DNA from: Octopus sinensis
Taxonomy: Eukaryota
NCBI RefSeq assembly: GCF_006345805.1
Contig: NC_042997.1
Location: forward strand, 70,432,001 to 70,496,000
Reading direction: 5' to 3'
Length of the DNA: 64,000 nt
Shown piece by piece: positions 38,474-52,986 of the stretch. A program made the translations under genes and the position numbers. How positions within the stretch are numbered: the stretch's first letter is position 1; the number at the start of each line of letters is the position of its first letter. The notes beneath the pieces were generated by a model. That model had not been told where the DNA came from, did no database searches, and saw nothing but the letters and a program-made list of their open reading frames with translations.

Positions 38474-38716
38474 GAATATAGGGTACAGGAATTCACCAAC
38501 AGTAAACTACATGAAATAGGAAGACACATGGGTTCAATACGCAAACAACAGGACAGGTAACACAAAGAGCGACCCTTCATCAGTTGTCGGCTGTCTATCT
38601 ACTCCTCATTTCGAACATTGAATGACAACAGGAGTCTTCGAATGGAGTTCCTCCCATAACACACACGCCCGCGCGCAAATGCACACACATATTGATGCAT
38701 ATATATCCACCACCAC

Positions 38717-38827
38717 CACCAAGTGACCGACCAGGTTATCAGATGTTGCTACACATCGCTGGCCACAATGCGCTTCGCATTGTTTTAGCCTTCAAATGAC
38801 GCCACCCCGCTGGCTAAGCGAGCAGGC
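38717..38827. mobile_element. fragment of a third short interspersed repeat family
   Basis: GC-rich CAGATGTTGCTACACATCGCTGG.CACAATGCGCTTCGCATTG...CCCCGCTGGCTAAGCGAGCAGGC next to (CCA)n; recognised from memory only. Confidence 0.45.
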
Positions 38828-38838
38828 GTCATGCATAT

Positions 38839-38933
<95 letters not shown>

Positions 38934-39002
38934 ATTTATATATATTTATGTATATATATAATATATATATATATATATAAATTTATATTTATAATTTATA
39001 AA

Positions 39003-39170
39003 CTAAAGATAAACAACGAACATGAGGACGTGCACATGAAGTATATTAGCTTGACGCTCGGTGAAAGGAGAGGGTTTAACGTTTCGAGGATTGCTCTTCG
39101 TCGAAAAGGAGAAAGTGAAAAGTCCAACGAAGGAAAAGAAAAAGAAATCACCAAGGTGTCGCATCGGTTC
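39003..39170 (-). mobile_element. PLE tail fragment with decayed hammerhead (39074-39108)
   Basis: minus strand TTT-TCGACGA-A-GAG(caatc)CTC-GAAAC-GTT-AAA. Confidence 0.6.
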
Positions 39171-39172
39171 TT

Positions 39173-39238
<66 letters not shown>

Positions 39239-39697
39239 GGTACGTATGTATGTTTATATAAATATAAACATTTATGTATACATTCTTACATACATATATA
39301 CACATATACATACGCACATACACATCTCTATATATATTAATTGGGGTAAAATTTTTGAAATTGACTCAGGAACCTAGAGTTATATACATTTCACATATTA
39401 ATCTTCCTAAAATGGCGTTCATAAACTTTCAGTCTCTGATTTACGCCTGCAACTTTCTGCCTTCTAAAATATTACATTTGCGTGTGTGTGTGTGTGTGTT
39501 TTGTATGTGTGTTTGTGTGTTTGTATGTTTGTTTGTTTGTGTGTGTATAGTTATGTGTATGTTAATATATATAGTTCCCAATGAGTATCTCTGTGCAATA
39601 GGGAAATACATGCACACATGCACACACTCACACATACATATATATATATATTATACATATATATATATACATACATATATTACATAGATATATATAC

Positions 39698-39740
<43 letters not shown>

Positions 39741-39746
39741 CATATA

Positions 39747-39795
<49 letters not shown>

Positions 39796-39898
39796 CATAC
39801 ATACATACATACATACATAGATACATACATACATACATATATGTATATGCATACAGAAAAATAGATAGACACATAGAGAGTCAGGCAGACAGACAGTC

Positions 39899-40037
<139 letters not shown>

Positions 40038-40739
40038 TACATATGCAAAGATGTGTCTAAAGCATGTCCAACAAAACAAATAAAGTGTGTTATGCGAAAT
40101 AAATACAAAAGAAATATATGAGGAGTAGAGTATATGTAGCCTTTATTGTAATGTCAGGGAGAGCTTATGCTATTTTTCGACACGGAGCTTGGGTTGGAAT
40201 CTGCTCAAAGCAACAGATGCCGTCCCTCAACAGATGCAACAGATGTGCGAGACAGACTCGCAAACCTTAACATGTAAATACATTCATTTGGAAAAGTGTC
40301 AGTGTGCTGAAGTGTACGCACATTTACACATACACAGAGGCACACACACATACGCACACATGCACACATACACATATACATGTAAGTGTGTGTGCGGTGT
40401 CTGTAAGTATGTGTGTGTGTGTATTTGTGTGTGTGCATGTGTTTGTGTGACCATATGTGAATATGCCTGAATGGTATCTGCTTGTGCATGTGCATAAAAT
40501 ATGACCCGATGTTTGGATATAAGTATAGTACAAGCATAATGCACGGTGACGTACATACACATATACATAATGCATAGAGAACCATATGCTGTTGGATAAC
40601 ATAGATATACATATTTAAAAACAAACTATGAAATAAGGAAGCATTGAAACATGTATATAATCAACGTTTGTGTCTTGAGACTGTATGTGAGTATACATAT
40701 TTACATCCGCATCTCTCCTTGTTTGTCCCCTCTATAAAG

Positions 40740-40784
<45 letters not shown>

Positions 40785-40787
<3 letters not shown>

Positions 40788-40840
40788 GATAGATAGATAG
40801 ATAGATAGATAGATGATAGATAGATAGATAGATAGATAGA

Positions 40841-40874
<34 letters not shown>

Positions 40875-40897
40875 GATAGATAGATAGATAGATAGAT

Positions 40898-40992
<95 letters not shown>
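40785..40992 (+). repeat. (GATA)n array; others at about 11708-11800 (as TATC), 17935-18020, 31500-31592 and 39947-40037; (TA)n and (CA)n arrays occur throughout
   Basis: direct reading. Confidence 0.95.
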
Positions 40993-40993
<1 letters not shown>

Positions 40994-41949
40994 TGCGTGT
41001 CTGTGTTCAAATGTGTGAACGCGGCGCGTGCACGTGTGTGTGCGTGCGAATATTTGAATGTTTGTGCATGTATGTGCGTAGCCGTGTTCGGCGTGTGTGT
41101 GTGTAAACTTTACGTCTATGCTCTTTATGTTACGTCAGTAGGATAGTCTGCAGCATATAATGAACAGTACAAAATCATACTCGCTCACTTAGACAACTGG
41201 TTTTCAAAATAGTGTTACACATGACGGAACATTAAAATATTTGAACGACCTCAATTCTACTTTGTACATAAATATTTTTCAACTAACTTACAGTTATTTC
41301 AGTTTTGTGGTGTCAGTCATTGTAACACTTGCTAAAAACTTATTGGCTGTTTGGAGTTCAAATCTCGGCAAGGCCAGATTTAACTTTTGTTGTCGAAGAC
41401 TCAGTAGCATAAATTATGAAGTTATGGGAGATGATTAAATCAGCTACAAACTCTTGCAATGACTGGATTTTTGTCATGTAGAAATCAAATAATTTTTATT
41501 TTGAAATCAGAATTATAATTTCAACAACAGTTATGTAACATAATGGTGTATTATGTAAAAATGGTTATATATATACATATATATATACGGTGTTCGTTCA
41601 TATAATAACCAATTACTATGTTAACATTTCTCCTGTCAGCGTTTTGTCCTCCTCAGTGTAGGACCAATGGCTTCGATGCATTCAGCGGCCAAGACTTTTA
41701 TGGTATAGTCGTTTGTATGTGCTGACGCAACTCCCCTACATCCAAGTTTATGCGGAATGCCTCTCGAAACTTTTAGCATCAACAGTACTGATTCAAGAGC
41801 TACTAGGTACAGAATGGGTTAAAAGGGCAGCCATGACGGACTATAAACTTAATACTAAATGGTTCCGATAGATGGCCATTTATTGTGGTGAGCGAACAGG
41901 TGTCGCTTTACATTGCAGTAATTCTACTGTGGAAGACGAGACTGAAAGC

Positions 41950-42020
41950 AACCGTTGCGAGGACAGTTTTCGTTCCAGCACACGATCTCAGATCAGGTCA
42001 CTTGCTATGCAAGTATATCT
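41950..42020 (+). mobile_element. fragment of the PLE-like family seen at 32901-33236
   Basis: TTTTCGTTCCAGCACACGATCTCAGATCAGGTCACTTGCTATGCAAGTATATCTCCG. Confidence 0.7.
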
Positions 42021-42229
42021 CCGTAATATAAAAAAAGCATATTGTAAAGAATAGAGCTGTAAGTATTACAACTAAGATTTAAATTTTCGACATAAAATTG
42101 CATAAGGTTTCGTATCCGCAAAGCCAAAGCCTCCTGACGTGAGGAAATGGAGATTCAGGGGTTGTTTCCCCTAAACCAAAGCATTAAAAAAAAGCCTAAT
42201 AGACCCGAAAACGCCTAACCAGCAAACGG

Positions 42230-43590
42230 GGAGTGCCAATTGTCCAGTAAGTAGCGCTTGAAGTGGACATATTTAGAGAAAACTTCTCTCCGACTATTTA
42301 ATTTGCCAGGTAAGGCGGTGAGCTGGCAGAAACCTTAGCACGCCGGGTGAAATGCTTGTCGGTAATTCGTCTGTCTTTACGTTGTGAGTTCAAATACCGC
42401 CGTGGTCGACTTTGCCTTTCATCCTTCCGGTATCGATAAATTAAGTACTAGCTGCATACTGGTGTCCATCTAATCGACTGGCCCCCTACTCCAAAATTTC
42501 GGGCCTTGTACCTAGAGTATAAAAGTATTTAACGCGCCAGGTTTAGTATAGTCATTACGAATTTTGGCGCTCTCCACGATGCAGATTTTGCAACGGCCAC
42601 TCTCATTAATATATAGGCTTCGATATCTATTATATTCCACCTGATATCACATGGGGTCCTTTATCTTTGAGGTGCCACACATGGCGGGCCAGAGACACGA
42701 CAAACCGTCTTTCTGAAGGATGACTGGTGTTGCGAAGCGACGTTTGAAAGATGTACTGGCCGATCCGATATATTTACAACTTGGGATGTGGCTAAAATCG
42801 CACTCCTGGTATATCTCTGATAGACTCCGGGCCTGGAGATGCTGTTGGCAACACCGTTGCTGACGCAGTCGATATCTGGCGGTGTTATCGCCGTGGTTAT
42901 CAATGATCCAGCGGTGTTATCGCCGTGGTTATCACTACTGGTCATGCGGTTGGCGATGTAGCTGCCGGTGTTAGTGCGGAGTCAGTCATCCCATTAGTGT
43001 CGATGATAATTGTTTAGTCATCAACTGTTTTGTAGAATTGCGAACGCCGGATACCTCTTCTGTGTCGCCGGTCCTGGCGATTGTACTTTTGTTACATATG
43101 GTGCAACATGGCGATTGAACTCGTAGTAACATATGGTGCGGGGCTGGTCACTCTGTCTATGTCTATGATAATGGTTTGTTAATCATTTGTGGTGGAGTAC
43201 TGGGGACATAGGCTACGTTCTCTATGACGCTGGTTCCGGAATGGTCATGATCTTTGGCAGTGGCGATTGTACTGGCGTGAGATCTGGTTAATCTACTAAT
43301 ATTGCTGTTGGATGGTACATTGCTGGTAATACGGATAGCAGGTCTAGGTGTCACCGTAACTTCATAGATGACTCTTTCAACCTCGCATCGGTCTCCTACT
43401 AGACAGTTAATATATACACTGCAAGAACAACTTGCCTCCTTCCTTGTATTGTGGGTACTTGTTAGGTGCACAACTAAAGGAGACAATTAGGTTGTGCCTG
43501 TTAAATAATTGCCTGTATCTATTTGTGTATGTGAAAGGTTTATCTATTAATTTAAGGAAAGTCTTCCCACACAAGTCTTCACACACACAC
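42230..43590 (-). mobile_element. Penelope-like element C-terminal part (linker plus GIY-YIG endonuclease), pseudogenised
   Basis: GKTFLKLIDK..YRQLFNRHNL.VSFSCAPN; CLVGDRCEVERVIYEVTVT; KYIGSASTSFKRRF; ARHVWHLKDKG; CDIRWNII; GRCKICIVE; LNSRREVFSK.VHFKRYLLDNW. Confidence 0.9.
42314..42529 (+). mobile_element. SINE family A inserted in the PLE endonuclease tail, with aged 17 bp TSD
   Basis: TATTTAATTTGCCAGGT (42295-42311) versus TATTTAACGCGCCAGGT (42526-42542). Confidence 0.9.
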
Positions 43591-43955
43591 ACACATATAT
43601 ATATATATACATACATACATAATACATACATACATATATACATACATATGAATATATATGTATATATGTATATGCACACACTTATACACACTTGCATTTG
43701 TATGTATGTATGTATGTATGTATGTATGTATGTAGGTAGGTAGGTAGGTATAGCAATATGTGTATGTGTATAATTTTGCCAGTAAGTGAGAGTTGAAAAT
43801 CTCACGCAATTATGTTTCATATAGAACTCCATCCATTAGATTCTGCTTATTTTGAATGGAAGTATCTTGTCTAGGAATATTTATACCATTTTAACACCTT
43901 CACGGCAGTTAATATTTGTGTAAACCTTTGTAATATATATGATAATATACATTAT

Positions 43956-44088
43956 TTCCGCGGAGGTTGACATTGCCTTTCATATTTTCGGTGTCGATAA
44001 AATAAGTACTACTTGAGCACTGGAGTCGATGTAATCGACTTATCTCCTCTCCAGAAATTGTTAACGTTGAACCAAAATTTTAAATCAG
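43956..44088 (+). mobile_element. SINE family A, 3' part
   Basis: GAGGTTGACATTGCCTTTCATATTTTCGGTGTCGATAAAATAAGTAC...GTCGATGTAATCGACTT. Confidence 0.75.
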
Positions 44089-45429
44089 TATATGTATTCA
44101 TGTATAACTGTCCGATTATATTGAGATTACATAGGTATTATACGTTTTTAACGTGACAAATGTAACACTAACGATGTATGTGTACAATGCGACATTCTGA
44201 CTGCGGTGAGTTGCATAATTTCTATACATGGCTGATTGCATGAGTAGTTCTGTTCCACTAAATTTGTTTCGGGTTCAATGTTAGTATGTTGTATTTTTTG
44301 CTTACCACGCCTTCAGAACGGTGTCTCCGATGAAAGTATTAAATTTTAACAATTTATAATTATTTGTTTGCTAATTGTTATCCTCGAGACACTATATTAT
44401 ATATTTACTTAGCACTAGCAGACTCCTTTGTAATGTTTGTATTATATATCTTTATGTCGTGGTTGCTGTAATGATACATATTTCAAAGAAATTTTAAACT
44501 TCAAATTTGAAATTTAAACTTTCTTTGTAATGTTTGTATCATTACAGCATATGTATCATATGTATCATTATGAAAATATAAAATTGTGCATTCTACTTCT
44601 ATCCTTCTACTTTTGAGCAGAATGTCTTTAAAACATTGGATAATGAGTGAGACAACATTGAATACTTACATTGGGCAAGATCTCAGAAAATGACAGTTGA
44701 TACGAGAGTGAATTAGCGTATGTTTGTACTAAGATCAGGTTATCATTTAATAGAATGGAAGAGGCTTCTTGTCCATTACCAATATTTTAAAATTATGAGT
44801 GCTTCGAGTTCCACTGATCAAAAAGGAAAAAAAATTCAGATTTCTAATCTTCTCTGGGAAGTTTATAAATCATGAGGTTAACAATCTTTTTTGACGTTAA
44901 CAACATCTTATGGCGATAACAACATTTTAAAAATTAATTTGGCATTTGAAGATATAATTTCATATATGTTTTTGCGAAACAAATTTCATCATACTTTTGA
45001 AAGTATTCAATAGATATTACAAATGAGGTGTGGAAATACTCTCACAAGTTTAGTTCTAACTAATGAGAGTGGAAACAGAACCAAAATAAGAAGAATATGC
45101 AAGAGTTTCTTTGAGCTGCTGTTTCGTCAAGAGTTCTAAAATACCAGAAATAGTGTTTCACTCATGCTGTGGGCGTCTCAGATCCTTGAAGACACAAGAC
45201 AAGGCCAGCAGTAGGTATGAACAGTGAGTCTAATTTTTAGAGAGAACGTTGGTCTTGCCGATAGAAGAGAGTGAGGTCTAACAGGAAGTACTAAGAAAAG
45301 TAAGGAAAGAATATACATGCACGCATGTATGCATACATAATACATATATAATACATATATAATACATACATACATACATACATACATACATACATACATA
45401 CATACATACATACGTACATACATACATGG

Positions 45430-45700
45430 TGATTACTCCATCTCCCCATATGACTAAAGTGTTCTTGTCCTTCCTCGTTGTCAGTGGCATTTCTGACTTT
45501 CCATCCATGAGTTCTCAGATGAGTTCTGTAGTAGATTTGAAGAATAGTTGAGAATCAAAGGTTATAATTTACAGTGCGCTTCCAACTGGTTAGTTCTGCA
45601 CACGTTGACACTCTTCTATCGCCATAGATGTGATGACAAATGAAGTCAACATGAAGAGATATCTTTGCGACATTGGATTACAGTGATAAACGCTTGTATA
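45430..45700 (-). mobile_element. paralogue of the 5' leader of the RLE LINE at 49090-51670
   Basis: TGGCGATAGAAGAGTGTCAACGTGTGCAGAACTAACCAGTTGGAAGCGCACTGTAA aligns with TGGAGATAGAAGTGTGACGACACGTGCAGACCTAAACAATTGGAAGCGCACAGTAA (about 49396-49450). Confidence 0.65.
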
Positions 45701-46041
45701 ACAAAAGTACCACTCCGTGTCATCGTGATTGAAACCTAGTGATAGTGTCCTAATGATAATGTGTGTGTCAGACAGAAAAAGAGGGAGACAGACTGTTTGT
45801 GTGTTTCTGTAGCTTATCTGTGGACATTTTTATCGAATGACTTGCACCTACGTAGAGTGTTTATTGTAAAATTTAAGCCAACTCTATTTTCATTTTTTGT
45901 TACGAAATTTGTTACGAAATTTCATTAACACGAAAATTAATATTGCCAAGCTATATTCGATAAAGTTTCTGCATACGGTTAATATTTATATTTAGGAGAA
46001 TATTTTATTTCTTGAATAGAGTCAATACATTTTAGAAACAC

Positions 46042-46215
46042 ATAGGCGTGGCTGTGTGGTGAGAAGTTTGCTTCCCGCTCACATGGTTCCGGATTCAGTG
46101 ACACCTTGGGCAAGTGTCTTTTACTGTAGTCTCAGGTTGAGCAAAGCCTTGTGGGTGGGTTTGGTAGACGGAAACTGAAAGAAGCCCGTCGAATATGTGT
46201 GTGCCTTTGTGTGTA

Positions 46216-46263
<48 letters not shown>

Positions 46264-46440
46264 CGTGTGTGTTTGTGTGTGCGTGCGTGTTTTGTCCTCC
46301 ACAACCGGTGTTAGTGTGTATACGTCCTCGGAACTTAGAGGTTCCACAAAAGTACCAGGCCTCAAAAAGCACTAACTCATGGTGGTGATCCAGCATGACC
46401 GCTGTCTACTGACTGAAATAAGTAAAAGTTTAAAGATAAA
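46042..46440 (+). mobile_element. SINE family B, diverged full length
   Basis: tRNA head, CACCTTGGGCAAGTG, GACGGAAACTGAAAGAAGCCCGTC, (TG)n, GACTGAAATAAGTAAAAG tail. Confidence 0.82.
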
Positions 46441-47359
46441 TTGGTAAACCTTCCTAAATCTATACTATTGTCTCTCGGTAAGAATACCCTATCATTCTGG
46501 TGACTCTACAGATATTATAACTGAGAAATATTTAGTAGAATGACTGGCTAAATCAGTTTTAAAGTTTTATTTCCTGTTTGCATTCAAAATGTCAACACTG
46601 CCATTACTTAGTTTTATATTCCATTCTGAAGACCGGAAAGCTCATAGAATAGATATGAACTATGTAATCTAGCAGTCGGATCAGCTGCGTTACAGTAACA
46701 GTTTGTTGGTATTGTGCCGAATCATAAACATTTTTCTCCTTAAAAATTCATATAGTACCCAACTGGACTAATGACATCCTTTCATGATTTCGATGGTGAC
46801 ATACATAATACGAAAACATACAAGCGGATTATAGTATTGATACAGAACTAAACACGAATGCTGCAACACATATTACATAACAGCATATTATATGACAAAA
46901 TTATTCTTATATTACAAGAAATGTTGTAACAGAACATACTTTGCGTGATAATCATTGATTGTAAGAGAAACTCAAGCCATATTAAAAGATTTAACATGCG
47001 TGAAATCCCTGCATAGATATACAAAAATAATTCGTAGACATAATGTCGACAAATACAAGTCTGGGATGTGAAGTGTTACAACGGTATTGTTATTGAAAAG
47101 AGCTATAAAATTATTAATATAAATAGATTTTAAAGCTGTGATCTATCAGACAATGCATTGAAAAATATAATCGACCTCTTCCGCTGATTGAGTTCTCTGT
47201 AAATCTTGCCCAATAAATTGTTCATAAATATTATGAGGTGGTAGAAGTCACTATTTCATATATATTTACAATATTGAAAATGAGTAATTATATATATGCT
47301 TATATACATGCATATATACAAAACACGCACTTACACACATTCAATGGACAATATATGGA

Positions 47360-47464
47360 TTTAACTATAGTAGAAGACAGTTGCCCAAGGTGTCACGCAG
47401 TGGGACTGAACCCGGAACCATGTGGTTGGTAAGCAAGCTATTTACCACACAGCCACTCTTGCGT
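47360..47464 (-). mobile_element. SINE family B, 5' head
   Basis: reverse complement of the tRNA head plus CORE-like segment. Confidence 0.8.
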
Positions 47465-47474
47465 CTATACATAC

Positions 47475-47518
<44 letters not shown>

Positions 47519-47749
47519 CTGTGTGTGTGTGTAAATTTACATAAATAAGGATATGATAGTTATTTAAATACCGATCTTCTCAGGTGGCCAGCATGGGAAT
47601 AAAAAACCTTCAAACGTAATAATTATTATTAAAATTATAATTTAGGGTATCTAAGAGATACCACTACACTGGACATAGCAGTCAAAATCTGAATCTACAG
47701 CACCAGGTGAGAAGACAAGGAGACAAAATAAACTAGCAAAAAAATTGCT

Positions 47750-48860
47750 CTGCCTTACCGAAAGTTTTACAGACTTCAACTGTTCCATTGATGAACTGGA
47801 TATTTTCTCTTTGAATCAACTTTCTACTTTCCGGTTTTGAGAAGCCTAATTTCTCAAGTTTGGTATTTAGGCAATGAGATACATATTCCAATACCACAAG
47901 TATACACAGGTTCTCTTCTCTATACCGAATCATTATATCAGGTCTGTTGTGCATACAATTTATTGAGGTTTTCACTGGGACATTCCACCAGTACTCTTTA
48001 TCATGAGTGACTATAACTTCTACCATACTATAGGTTCTTATTTCTTTGTCCTCGTGGTTATCCTTCCGACGTATTCATTATATACTGTCCCAGCTACAAC
48101 ATCATGTCACATCGGTACATAAAACAGTGATGGCATTTTCGGACAACTGCTTATGATGGATGTGATAGTTTCGGTGTTAACTCCACAAAGTCTCCATCGG
48201 CTGACACATTTTACTGCTTTTCCTGAATCTCTATTCCTTTTGTGTATCAGGCATTTAGTTAGATTTTCCTGGTCCTGGATTGCAAACACATACCCTTCAA
48301 AATGGGAGTTAGTAATCCTGTTATTGGTCCATGATGGACCGTTTTGATGAACGAAGTTAATATCACCTCGGAACGTTCTAAGGTAACCATCCATGGTCTT
48401 CTGCGCATCCATGCTCTTCCTGTTATCTGATGATTCGTTGCGGTAGAGTCGTGCGACTTATTTGGGCATGTATTCTAGGTTATCGGACAAGGAATGCTGC
48501 ACAAGTAGCTGCCTTCCAAGTCTTGTGATGTTATCAGCCTCAAGTATGCAAACTTGGTCAAGGGATTCACTTCGACACTTGCTGGTTAAAAAATGTTGCC
48601 GAAGGTATATGATATGACATTCAAAGGCATCTGGGATGGACGTTAAGCCTTTGCCACCTTGTTTTCATTTTAGGTAGAGGGTGGTCTACGTCTGTGTTTA
48701 TGTGGAAATTATATGTCCTTATTGGTACTTTCCGGGTTTTCACATCAATAGCTTGTGTCTCTTCAAACGTCCTATCAAGCAGCTCACATTTTACTATGAG
48801 TACTGGTTCTGCAAACACAGTGTCGGTCATTGTTTTATTAAATGCAAAGAGTTCTGAGAT
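47750..48860 (-). mobile_element. R4/Dong-like RLE non-LTR retrotransposon, 3' part
   Basis: NFHINTDVD..YL..KQGGKGL, FEGYVFAIQDQ, zinc knuckle RLCGVNTETITSIISSCPK..RHDVV, WWNVPVKTS..HNRPDIM (PD-D/ExK nuclease). Confidence 0.88.
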
Positions 48861-49089
48861 TCAAATTTTCCTTATTTCTAAATCTAGCAATTGGTGGTGG
48901 TGGAGGGAAATATAACAATAATACACACGCGTATATATGTGTGTATTTTATGTGTTTGTATGTGTGTGTCTGTGGATGTATCTATATTTGTCCACCGCAC
49001 CGCTTGACAACTGGTTGGTTTGTTTATTTCTCCAAATTTAGCGTTTCGGTGAAGACTGAAAAAATAAATTCAGGGCCAAGAGGTGTGTG

Positions 49090-51670
49090 GAACCACCTCT
49101 TAGTCACTATTGTTCCCAGGTCTACTCCGACCTGTAGTAATTAACATATGTGATGACATTCCATTTAACACTGGGGTACAGAAATACCGTTGGTTTGTGG
49201 TAAGGCTCACAGTAAAACCATTGGGAGTGAAGGTCTGCTAGTTGTTATTACATCATCCTTCTAATAGTGGAACACTGGGATGTAAAACCGGCGATTACAC
49301 GTGACGTTTGGTCATCTCAATTCGACCGGTGACTAAGTATTAACCACGGAGCCTCAGAGAAATCTCTTGGCGGTCCCGTCTACCGAAAGTCGTGTGGAGA
49401 TAGAAGTGTGACGACACGTGCAGACCTAAACAATTGGAAGCGCACAGTAAGTTGTAACATTCGTCTGTCACCTATGCTTCAAAACATACAGATCTGCAAC
49501 GAGAATGAATAGTCATCTAAGAAGTCATGGACGGATACTCCGAAATCATAAAGAGACGGCAATCCCCAATTAAGATGTATTATGTAGGTATGCATGTATG
49601 TATGTATGAATGATGTATGCATGTATGTATGTATACATACATTTATACAAGACACGTATCAGTAAAGAATATTACAGTCGGATAAGGTAAATATGGACCT
49701 CGGAACACTCTGCATTCAGTAAAAATAATAGCCAACAATTTGTTTGCAGGACCAGTACGCAACCAACATTTGGGCTGCCTAAGTGAAAACCTGGAAAATA
49801 CTGACCAGCACAAACAATTTTCATATCAAAAGCGATGTAGAATGCCTCTACCTAAAACAAAAACAAGGAGAATTATAACATATGAGCAATCTGAGGTAAA
49901 GAAGGCGGTGTGGAGCTGTACAGGGCCGCTACTAATTAACAAAAAAATCCAAGAAAAAACAGAAAAAAACGCAGAAAATTTTGATATACCACATGGCTGA
50001 ATTATCAAGGTTTTACAGTTAACCAAAGTCCCACAACCACTAGTCAGTGTTTACTTTGCTCTTTATGAGTGATAAGAATCAAATTGAGTCGGATATCATT
50101 TACCGCGAAAAAGCTATCTTTCAGTGTGGTAGGTGGTAGGTGTTGCTCATTGTCTTCTCATTAAACACACTATCAAACCTGTTCGCAAAATGTAGTGAGC
50201 AGAGAAATAGATCCAGTAGTATCTACCACCTTTTCTTTGTCGACAACCTGAAATATCAACCACATAAAAAATCAACAACAATAGGCCCCTATAACCCAAT
50301 TTTCTACAGACACTGGGATGAAATTTCATGAGTTCAAATGTACATTTTTAACAATTAATAATAAGCCCTCCTCTGAAAACCTAAGTATGAACGGCTTGAC
50401 AGTTCAACCTCTACAATCAGGTGACCATAGTAAGTATCTCGGACAAGATGAGAATATCAGATATGATGAGCCCATAATTAAGGAGAGGACCGGAAATAAA
50501 TATCTGAAGCGAGTAAAGTCATCAGAACACTCAGCTTAGAACAAGTATATTGCCCACAACACCTTTGCACTGCCTGTCCTCTCGCATATGTTCTTGGTCC
50601 CTGCAAGAACACAATGAGATAGATGTTCCAACTCACCACAAGCTCTGTATTACAGGAAATTTCAACATCAATAGAGATATAGACAGACTATACTTATCAC
50701 GCAAGGATGGTGGCGTGGTTTCAAACGGTATATTTGCCATATGAAACACGGATTGTGACAATGAAACATCTGCAGCAGAAGGAAGAGACCCATAACAATC
50801 TTGCTGAGGTCTGTGACCATGAAACCAACAAGTTCATTAGGACAGCTAATGAACTTGAGAAGAAATGTGAAATAAGAGCTGATACAAATCTTTCCTCAAG
50901 GAGCATTCGTAAAATCTATCAGAACAAAAGAAAACAAGTTTACTAAGGAGATATTGCATTGATACTTGGCATGTAAAACACAAACCATAGAAGGGATTGA
51001 TTATGTGAAAAGTTTGGCATGATGTACCACTAAGTTTTTGCATCCTACTTTGAAGGCTACATCCGAGTAATACAAGAACAAAAGATCCCCACCAAGTACA
51101 TACAGCATAAAAGACAGGAAACGTTGACAGACCACAAATGTACGCTTAACAAACTAAAACTGAAGACTCGAACCACATTATTGTCAACTGTGAGAGAATA
51201 TTTTCGGATATTATCTTCCCACGAGGCATGATACGGTGGCCAATATGGTCTGGAACAGGAGAACAAGAAAGAAAATATCTACAAACGAAGCTTGGTAGAG
51301 CTTAAAAATTAAAACAGCCACGAAGTTAAAGCACAATCGGCCAGATATCATTGTGTGGAACCACAAAGAAAATATGTGTTCTGTTGTGAAAATTAGTTGC
51401 CCTCTGGATACGAATGTGGTTAGAAAAATACAAGCGAAAGAAGATATATATGAACGATTTAAAAGTTTGCAAATCCAGCACCCAAGATACGCATACAGCT
51501 TTATACCTATTATCAGAGGATCAGAATACGCACCAACCCGTCTGGAGCAAAGTATGGTGAACTTGGAATCTAGTGGGGAGAATGCAAATCCTTAATGCAT
51601 TTACTTCAAATAATTACGATATCGGGGATTATAAACATCTGCAAGGTCTTCTTAAGATTTAAAGGATGAT
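49090..51670 (+). mobile_element. R4/Dong-like RLE non-LTR retrotransposon, internally deleted, with 5' leader
   Basis: IYHLFFVDNLK (RT motif C, D to N), SKYLGQDENI, DIDRLYLSRKDGG, KHNRPDIIVWNHKE..ISCPLD, NICKVFLRF; many stops; the 5' boundary is approximate. Confidence 0.85.
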
Positions 51671-52986
51671 GGTTTTAAACAAGATATTTTCCTTCACAAT
51701 CTTGCTATCAAGTAGGTGGCCTAGAAGAAAAAGAAAAAAGCATACATACATACGCACTATGTATATATATATATATACAAGAATGGCCTCGCCTTACCTA
51801 ACTTTACACAACATGTAAATAGATACTCCATTTTTACAAAAGCTACTTCTCACAATATTTGATTATTTTTCTATATAAATATTATAACAGAAACTGTTAA
51901 CCATTTTCTTTAAGGTTACAACATTTTCACTTATGATCATGTGCTATCCCAGTACAAAACACAAATAATAAAATGATAATGGAATATTATGTCCACATTT
52001 GAGAAAGTGTTACATAATTTAAGATAGAATCCAGAAAATATAAACCAACGGATACATGTTCATTCACTCAACCAACACAGACTTCTGTCTAAAAAGTCTT
52101 GTTTTCTCTCCTAGTCTATCATACCACAGCCAAAAATTATTTCTACCGGTGGAATAGTTATCTGCATCAATCCTCGTTCAAATTTACTGAACTCATTCGT
52201 TTCTCCTCCTGTCGATTTCCTGCTCTTATCATTACTCCTGTTCTTTGCTTCTTGAGAATGCAATCACCTAGAATGTTCTTCCCCACTGCGTGCTTCCACT
52301 AAATAGCGATTTTACAGATTTTCCATTGAACATTAATAGAAACAATTTCAGCAACATTGGACCACCTGCGAAATTTATGTATATATGTTAGCAAAAATAC
52401 GCATGTATCCAACCCCGACACATACACGTACACACATAACCTTATGACTAAACCATTAAAAAGAGACTACTTTTTACATGGTCTAGCCAATAATTTAGTA
52501 AAGTGAAGATTGTATTGTATAGGAAACAAATAGAGAAGAAAATATCAATTCACCTTATCATCTACACAAAGGAATTACATAACTAATTGTCGTCTGAATG
52601 TCGCATGGCGTGCATATAACTTAACAGTTACGCTTGTCAGATTTAAACCGTAAAATAACTATGTAATTTCAATATAATCCGATGCGTATATATTAACTTA
52701 TAACTATTTATAGGCGCATTGACAAATTCTAAGATGAATTGTTGAAAGACAAATGCAACCTTTCATAGATTGAGAGACAAATATACTATTCCTAGACATG
52801 TCACCGTATACAATATACAGAATACGGTAGGTAATATGTTACATAATTATTTTCAGTGACAAAAAAATACTATCATTTTTCTGAAACAGATTTAGAGTTT
52901 CACCTAGAAAAGTTTGTGTTGACAGCGACCGTAGAAGTTATCAGTTATATTTCTATCAGTAATTCAAGTTATATAACTTAAATATA

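Noticed and set aside
38560-38600. CTGATGAAGGG on the minus strand
   Set aside because: No stem II closure or downstream GAAA, and a type II arrangement does not fold; at most an HHR half.
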